From assembly GCA_022841245.1 (NCBI GenBank), contig JALHRW010000006.1, forward strand, positions 823 to 64,822: a stretch of 64,000 bases of DNA, read 5' to 3'. The DNA comes from Planctomycetota bacterium (lineage in GTDB: Bacteria; Planctomycetota; UBA11346). Under the pieces are notes generated by a model. The model saw only the letters and a program-made list of their open reading frames with translations, was not told the DNA's origin and did not search any database. Below are positions 45,401 through 51,938 of the stretch, piece by piece. The stretch's first letter is position 1; every line of letters starts with the position of its first letter. The translations under genes were made by a program, and so were the position numbers.

Positions 45401-46790
45401 AGGCGCCCACGGTGCAGGATTCCAGCAGGCCGAAGCGCTGCTGGGCGATGAAGCGGAAGAGCTGGGCGGTGCTGAAGTTGGCATTCATGTAGACGCTGGA
45501 GTTGCCATGCGAGCATTCCTCGAACAGCTCGCCGCCCGCGACCAGGGCATCAGCCCCGGTGGGGGTGTCGGTGCGGGCCAGGAACTTCTCCTTGGAGGCC
45601 TTGTCGGACAGTTCTGTGCGCAATGCGACCCGCGACCACAGGCTGAGGAGGCTGTTGGCCAAGGTCGGCGTGGTGTAGGCGAAGGCATCGTAGACGTGGG
45701 CGGCGTGGGGCAGGCGCGAGCGGCCGGTGCGGTAGGCGTGGTTGGCCTCCAAGGCGCGCTTGATCAGCACCTTCTCGCTACCATAGGAACTGGTGTCTGC
45801 GATGATCCGGCTGACCCAGATCTGGCACGAGGACGTTTCAACGCTGTATTTCACATCTGCCGGGGCATCCATGTTCCAGTAGTGGAGGTCGTTGTAGGCG
45901 GTGCCATACGGTTTGGGCAGGGAGCCAATGAGGATGGCGCCCGTGAACACCTGATCGGTGCGATCATACTCAGCCTTGAAGTGGTTCCACATCTCCGTCA
46001 CGTTGGAAACCGCCGGCCAGGTGACGAGACGGGCAGCATAACCTTCGGCGAGCAGATCATCCCGCAGGCGATCGACCTCCAGCTTCACCTCGGGATAGAG
46101 CGTTTCGTTGACCACCACCTCGATGACCTCGCCCGCCCGGTCGGTCGGTTTGCGTACGACGAGGCTGACGGTCGCCGGGGCCGAGGTCGCCAAACCATCA
46201 CTGACCTTCCAGGTGAAGCTGTCCGGGCCTTCGTAGCCGGTGGCCGGGGTATACTGGAAGCTGGAACCGGTCAGGACGATCGTCCCATGGCTTGGCAGGG
46301 TGACCAGGGAGAAGACGAGCTTCTGCCTGTTGGGCGTCGGAATGTTGGGAATGTCCACATCAGGGTCGACATAGGCGAAACCGCTTGGCAGGACCTGGTT
46401 GGTATGGGCGATGAAGCGGCGGTACTTGGCCGTGGGCGGGACATTGGACTTGACGGAGATGGTGACGGTCGCGGTGTTGGATTTCAGGCCCGTCTGGTCC
46501 GTGGTCGTGAAGGTGAAGGTGTCCGTCCCGACGAACCCTGGCTTGCAGGTGTAGATCCAATAGTCGGCCCTGTGCGCAAAGCGACAGGCCAGCGTGCCTA
46601 CGGACGGTGGCGTGGTCACCTGATATGTCAGGACATCGCCAGCATCCGCATCGGTCGCTGTGATCTGGATGTACAGGGCCGAACTCTCGACAGTCGACAC
46701 GCTCTGGTTCACCGCCACTGGCGCTGTGGCCGCGGACAGTCCGGCCAGGGTGAGGCAGTACGCGACCAGGAGGGAGGCGAGGTTCTTCAC
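39405..46790 (-). CDS. Giant secreted multidomain surface protein (2461 aa)
   Basis: GTG start overlapping the upstream stop (GTGA at 46787-46790); signal peptide [23 protein letters not shown]. Domain order by eye: two cadherin-like (tandem-95-type) modules, a clan-CD peptidase-like module, a PKD-like module, another cadherin-like module, an SbsA-Ig-like module and PA14. Then come about 5 units of roughly 200 aa each (cadherin-like ...[21 protein letters not shown]...VNDAP plus an Ig-like module with YQWQR), He_PIG-like, F5/F8 type C, one more unit, an I-set-like Ig, and a C-terminal ConA/LamG-like (DUF1349-like) domain. Confidence 0.9.
   Translation of the reverse strand: [2461 protein letters not shown]
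40896..41318 (-). other. F5/F8 type C (discoidin) domain inside the giant protein
   Basis: Residues about 1825-1965: [13 protein letters not shown]...SWIQYRFPG...[34 protein letters not shown]...YNIHRLRI. It interrupts the repeat array. Confidence 0.7.
43821..44225 (-). other. PA14 domain inside the giant protein
   Basis: Residues about 856-990: [17 protein letters not shown]...[39 protein letters not shown]...LELWWQG. Confidence 0.7.
45201..46133 (-). other. Clan CD (gingipain C25/caspase-fold)-like module inside the giant protein
   Basis: Residues about 220-530. It has ...[11 protein letters not shown] (His428, codon 45507-45509), and 31 residues later the hydrophobic strand [11 protein letters not shown] (Cys459, codon 45414-45416). 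This is the His-Gly ... Cys dyad order and spacing I recall for gingipains. Confidence 0.45.
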
Positions 46791-47677
46791 GGTTGGGTCC
46801 CCATAGGGCGGTTCAGGGTGGCGATGACGTCGCTGGTCTGGGCGATGAGGCCATCGAGGTAGCCGCGGCCCATGGGATTGTCGGTCATGGCGTCGCGGTC
46901 CTGGCGCAGGCGCTCGATGTGCCGCTGCAAGGCCGGCACGGCCTCGGCCCGGCCGAGGCGTTGCGTGGCGGCGACGATCTTCTCGGCGTGCGGGTAGGAG
47001 AGGGTGCTGTCAGCAACGATGGCGGCCAGCGCGCGGGCCATGGGGGCGACCGCCTCTGGTGCACGCGTGTCGGCCAGAGCCTCGATGGCGGCCGCGCAGA
47101 TCACGTCCTGGTAGCCGTCATTGCGCCGCTGGTTGGCCAGCATGGTCTGCTCGATCAGCGGCACCGCCGCCGCACCGCGAGGCGCCAGCGCTCGGACGGC
47201 AGCGGCAGCGATCATGGGGTTCCCTTGGGTCACCGCGTGGTCGACGTACGCCTGCGCCGCTGGGGTGGCGACCTCGCCCAGGGCGCGGACGGCCTGCGGC
47301 GCGAGGTAGGCCCCGCTGTCGGCGACGGCGACCAGGGCGCGCACCGCGGTGGCGTCCCCCTTCGCAGCGGCAGCGGCGGCCTCGCCGATGGCGGCGACCC
47401 GACGTTCTTCTGGAACCGCCGGATCGGCTGCTTGGGTCACCAGGGTGCGCACGCGGACCTCGTCAGTGGCAGGCGGGGTGGCCGGTGGAGCGACCGGGGT
47501 CGCAGGCGCGGCAGCCGGCGCGACCCCGGGCGATGGGTGGACGGCCGGGACAGGACGGTCGACCGCGACTGGTGCGCCCTGGGCAGGGGCAGGGGCAGGC
47601 CTTGTGCCCCACCAGAGCAAGCTCGCCACCACGCCCAGCAGGACCACGACCAGGCCAGTGATGAGAAGGCGGCTCAT
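46787..47677 (-). CDS. Membrane-anchored HEAT-repeat (PBS-lyase-type) protein
   Basis: 296 aa. A GGAGGA SD is present. It has an N-terminal TM helix (LLITGLVVVLLGVVASLLWW), a Pro/Ala-rich linker, then repeated A..ALG/AV.AL...AVP.L units. Confidence 0.75.
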   Translation of the reverse strand: MSRLLITGLVVVLLGVVASLLWWGTRPAPAPAQGAPVAVDRPVPAVHPSPGVAPAAAPATPVAPPATPPATDEVRVRTLVTQAADPAVPEERRVAAIGEAAAAAAKGDATAVRALVAVADSGAYLAPQAVRALGEVATPAAQAYVDHAVTQGNPMIAAAAVRALAPRGAAAVPLIEQTMLANQRRNDGYQDVICAAAIEALADTRAPEAVAPMARALAAIVADSTLSYPHAEKIVAATQRLGRAEAVPALQRHIERLRQDRDAMTDNPMGRGYLDGLIAQTSDVIATLNRPMGTQP

Positions 47678-47850
47678 CCCTGGTCCTCCGGGTAGGCGGA
47701 CCTGGCGGCTGCCAGACCAGACTTCGGCGTGGCTATGCGATCAAGGCAGTCAAAGTAACTGCAGGGCGAAGGGTTGTATGAAACATGCGGTGCAGTGGCC
47801 TGACGCCTGGGGCGGCTTGGTCGACGATGTGGGTGCCTCATGCTCTAGGA

Positions 47851-47875
47851 TTTGCACCTCGCGGCCGAATCTCGC
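47851..47875 (-). promoter_or_regulatory. Bipartite motif copy A (minus strand GCGAGAT-N12-TGCAAA), 174 nt upstream of the HEAT/giant-1 unit
   Basis: The plus strand reads TTTGCA(47851-56)-cctcgcggccga-ATCTCGC(47869-75). About 26 nt are nearly identical to copy B, and patchy similarity continues about 45 nt into the leader. Confidence 0.5.
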
Positions 47876-47924
47876 ACGGCATTTGCGGCCATGCCTCAGG
47901 CCATCGAGGCCAGCCCCACCCGGC

Positions 47925-50900
47925 TCAGTGCCGCCGCTGGCGCCTGAGCCCCAGCAGATGCAGGCCGACGAGCAGCAATCCGAGCGCCCCACCGGCTCCG
48001 CAGCCACCGCCACCGCCACCGCCACCGCCACCGCCGCCCGCGGCCGCCGGCGGGGCAGGCACCGTGCTGACCTGCGCCGTGATCACATAGGAACCCGAGG
48101 TAGCGGTGATCGTCCACGGTCCGCCGACCGACGAACCGGCGTTGAAATGGCCGGTGGCATCGATGCTGCCACCACCCGAGACCGTCCAGGTCACGGCCGG
48201 CTGCACCGCCAGCGCCTCGCCGAACTGGTCGACCACGGTGGCGGAGAACGCCGTGCTGGTGCCGATCACGACGTCGCTGACCGGCGGCGAGACGATCATC
48301 GTGGTCGACGTCGCGGCCACGGTGACGGTGACCGAACGGACGCCAGTGAGCAGACCGACGTCCTGGGCGGTCACGGTCAGGGTGTAGGAGCCGGCGCGCG
48401 TGAAGGTCGCCGTCGATGCCTTGGCCGCGTTCGTGCCATTGGGGCTGAAGCTCACGGTGGCCGGGCCGCTGGAACTCCAGGTGTAGGTCAGGGCCGGTTC
48501 GCCGCCATCATCGGTGGCGGTGGCTGCGAGCGCCGTGGTCGTGGCAACGACCGTGGCAGGGGTGGCACTGGCGGCGCTCACCACCGGCGGGGTGTTGGGC
48601 AGCAGACTCACCGTCAGGACGAAGCTGTCGCTGGCCGACAGCGCCCCGTCGCTCGCCGTCACCATGATGGTGGTGGCGCCGACATCGCCGGCGCCCGGCG
48701 TGCCGCTGAAGACGCGGGTGGTGGCGTTGAACGACAGCCAGCCGAGCGTCTCGTTCGACGACCAGGTCAGGGTGCTGTCGATGTCGGTGAAGGTGCCGAG
48801 CGGGACGGTGTAGCTGAACGCCGCTCCGACCGTCGCCGTCAGGTCGGGGATCGCTGCGGCCGGCACCGGCGCGTCGTTGACCGCGGTCACGGTCAGGACG
48901 AACGGTTCGCTCGCCGTCAGGTTGCCGTCCGACACCGTCACCGTGATCGTGGCGCTGCCGTTCTGGTTGGCCGCCGGGGTCACCGTCACCGTCCGGCCGG
49001 CGCCAGAGCCACCGAAGACGATGGCCGAGACCGGCACCAGGCTGGGGTTCGACGACGTCGCGGTGAGCGTCAGCGAGGCCACGGGCGTCTCGGCGTCACC
49101 GACGTTGAAGGCCAGGGCGCTGGTCGCGGTGTCTTCGGCCACCGTCAGGTCGGCGATGGCGCTGATCGTCGGCGGCGTGTTGGCGGCGGCTGCCACTGCG
49201 GCGGTGTAGAGCGAGACCGCCGCGGCGCTGGCCGCCGGGGTCGGCGTGCCGGCGTCGGTGGCTGTCACCTGCACGCGCAGGAACTTGCCGAGATCCGCGA
49301 CGACCGGCACGTAGGTGGCCGACGTCGCCCCGACGATGGCCGCCAGGTTCAGGCCGCTGCTGTTGTCCGCGCGCTGCCACTGGTAGGCGTAGGAGGCGAT
49401 CGTGCCGGCATCGGTCGTGTCGTTCCAGGCGCCCGCGCTCGCGGTCAGGGTCTGCCCGACCTGCGCCGCGCCGGTGACGGTCGGGACGACGGTGTTCACC
49501 GGCACATCGTTGACCGGCGTGATCGTCACATGCACCGTGATCGTATCCGTGCCACCCAGGCCGTCCGCAACCTGCACCACGAAGCTGTCGGCGCCGTTGA
49601 GGTTCGCCGTCGGGGTATAGCCCACCGACTTCGACGCACCGGTGCCCGAGGCCGTCGCCACGCCCTTGGTACCCTGGGTGAGGATCGACCAGGTGATGGG
49701 ATCGCCGTTGGCGTCGGTGGCATTCAGGGTCTTGCTACCGGCCGTGTCCTCGTTCACCACCAGGGTCGTGCTGGTGCCCTCGGTGATCACCGGCGGGGCG
49801 TTGGCTGCAGCACTGACCGTCAGGACGAAGCTGTCGCTGGCCGACAGCGCCCCGTCGCTCGCCGCCACCGTGATGGTGGTGGCGCCGACGTCGCCGGCGC
49901 CCGGCGTGCCGCTGAAGACGCGGGTGGTGGCGTTGAACGACAGCCAGCCGAGCGTCTCGTTCGACGACCAGGTCAGGGTGCTGTCGATGTCGGTGAAGGT
50001 GCCGAGCGGGAGGGTGTAGGTGAACACTGCACCGACCGTCGCCGTCAGGTCGGGGATCGCTGCGGCCAGCACCGGCGCGTCGTTGACCGCGGTCACGGTC
50101 AGGACGAACGGTTCGCTCGCCGTCAGGTTGCCGTCCGACACCGTCACCGTGATCGTGGCGCTGCCGTTCTGGTTGGCCGCCGGGGTCACTGTCACCGTCC
50201 GGCCGGCGCCCGAGCCACCGAAGACGATGGCCGAGACCGGCACCAGGCTGGGGTTCGACGACGTCGCGGTGAGCGTCAGCGAGGCCACGGGCGTCTCGGC
50301 GTCACCGACCGTGAAGGCCAGGGCGCTGGTCGCGGTGTCTTCGGCCACCGTCAGGTCGGCGATGGCGCTGATCGTCGGCGGCGTGTTGGTGCCGTTGGTC
50401 ACGGCGAGGGTATAGCCCGACGCGGCCAGGACGCTCATCCCCGGCAGCGGCGTGCCGGCGTCGGTCGCCGTCACCTGCACGCGCAGGAACTTGCCGGTAT
50501 CTCCAGCGACCGGCACGTACGTGGCCGAGGTCGCGCCGGCGATCGATGCCAGGTTGGTGCCGGTGATCGTGTCCGCGCGCTGCCACTGGTAGGCATAGGA
50601 CGCGATGGTGCCGGCGTCGATCGTGTCGTTCCAGGCACCGGTGCTGGCGGTCAGGGTCTGGCCCACCTGCGCGGTGCCGCTGATGACCGGCACGACCGTG
50701 TTCACCGGCGGGTCGTTGACGGGGGTGACGCTCACAGAGAAGCTTGTGGTGGTGTTCAGGTTGCCATCGGAAACCGTGATGATGATGCCTGCATAACCGG
50801 ATTTCTGGGCCGCGGGAGTAATCGTCACTGTACGGTTGGCGCCCGTTCCACCGAAGACGATGTTGGCCACCGGCACCACCGTGGCGTTGCTCGAGGTGGC

Positions 50901-51695
50901 GCTCAGCGTCAGACCGCCGGCAGGCGTCTCGGCATCGCCCACCGTGAGGGCCAAGGCCGCGGTGGACGAGTCCTCGTTCACCGTCTGATTGACGATCGCC
51001 GTTATGGTGGGAGCCATGTTGGTGCCGGTGCTGGTTACTAGACCTTTCAAATTCGATGCCGCTTGGCCAGTTGCACCGTGGTTATCGGTGGCGCGCTCTG
51101 AGCAATAGACGTACCAGCCCACATCCGCGGTCTGGACGACATAACTGGTGCCCGTGGCGCCAGAAATTTCCTGATCGCTGAACAACCCCTGCACTCTAAG
51201 CCACTGGCGTGTGGTCGACACGATGGTGTCGCCAACATCCGGGTCGGTCCAACTGGCGCTTGAACTGAGGGTCAGGGTCTGACCGACCCGGGCCGTACCG
51301 TTGATCTGCGGATTCAAGGTGGGCACCGGATAATCGTTTTGAGCCGTGAAGGTCACGGTGAAGGCCCGGCTTGCTGTCAGGGCTCCGTCGGAGACGGTGA
51401 CGGTGATGGTCACGACGCCGTTCTGGTTGTGCACCGGAGTGACGGTGACCGTGCGGTTGGCGCCCGAACCGCCGAACACCACGTTGGCCACCGGCGCCAG
51501 CGTGGTATTGGATGAGGCGGCGGTCAGCGTCAGGCTGCCGGCAGGCGTCTCCGCATCGCCCACCGTGAAGGGCACGGCGAGGGTGGCAAAATCCTCGTTC
51601 CTCGTCTGATTGGCGATCGCCGAGATGGTCGGCGGCGTGTCAACCGCCGAGACGGCCGTCAGGATGACAAGCAGGGCGGCGAGGGTGCGCAGCAT
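47925..51695 (-). CDS. Giant repeat surface protein 2 (1256 aa) with a C-terminal Gly12-Cys sorting-signal-like tail
   Basis: The signal peptide is [17 protein letters not shown]. It has the same cadherin-like plus YQWQR Ig-like units as the 2461-aa protein, then PKD-like and Big_2-like domains. It ends ...[44 protein letters not shown]. Confidence 0.9.
   Translation of the reverse strand: [1256 protein letters not shown]
47928..48059 (-). other. C-terminal sorting-signal-like tail (GlyGly-CTERM / MYXO-CTERM-like)
   Basis: The tail is Pro/Ala, 12 Gly (codons 48003-48038), Cys (48000-48002), GAGG, a hydrophobic helix [14 protein letters not shown], and a basic tail RRQRRH followed by the stop. 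Confidence 0.55.
48586..49184 (-). repeat. Intragenic repeat copy 1 (about 0.6 kb), near-identical to 49792-50390
   Basis: Direct comparison of the printed sequence at an offset of exactly 1206 nt (402 codons) shows only scattered mismatches, roughly a dozen by eye. Confidence 0.85.
49792..50390 (-). repeat. Intragenic repeat copy 2 (about 0.6 kb), near-identical to 48586-49184
   Basis: As for copy 1. Similarity continues at lower identity on both sides. Related units recur at about 40585-40900, 41620-41925 and 42235-42545 in the other giant gene. Confidence 0.85.
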
Positions 51696-51863
51696 GGGTG
51701 AATCCTAAAGGAGAGGGGGATCAGTGGGATCAGTGGGTAAGGATGGCGGAGGAGGGCGCGGTGATGGATAATCCGGTGCCGTCCGGTCCCGGACGGCCGG
51801 AATGGAGACGACGTCTTGCTGGGGTGGCCTGGTCGGCGACGATCAGGTCCCATATGCACAGTG

Positions 51864-51888
51864 TTTGCACCTCGCGGCCGGATCTCGC
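51864..51888 (-). promoter_or_regulatory. Bipartite motif copy B (minus strand GCGAGAT-N12-TGCAAA), 169 nt upstream of giant gene 2
   Basis: The plus strand reads TTTGCA(51864-69)-cctcgcggccgg-ATCTCGC(51882-88). Confidence 0.5.
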
Positions 51889-51938
51889 GCGGGATCTTCT
51901 GCTCTGCCGCTGTGCCAGACCGGCCGGCTGCAGCGCGC

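Noticed and set aside
40400-50800. Regularly spaced repeats, considered as a possible CRISPR-like array or tandem satellite
   Set aside because: The units are 0.6-1.2 kb, in frame, and encode Ig/cadherin-like domains inside two continuous ORFs. There are no short repeat/spacer alternations.
39636-51041. Very long plus-strand ORFs (39636..41675, 41679..45158, 47349..51041; 679-1230 aa) opposite the giant genes
   Set aside because: They are antisense shadows. Their translations are Gly/Arg/Asp/Ala low-complexity strings with no signal peptides or motifs. The minus-strand frames, by contrast, give coherent signal peptides and recognisable domains (PA14, discoidin, Ig/cadherin-like).
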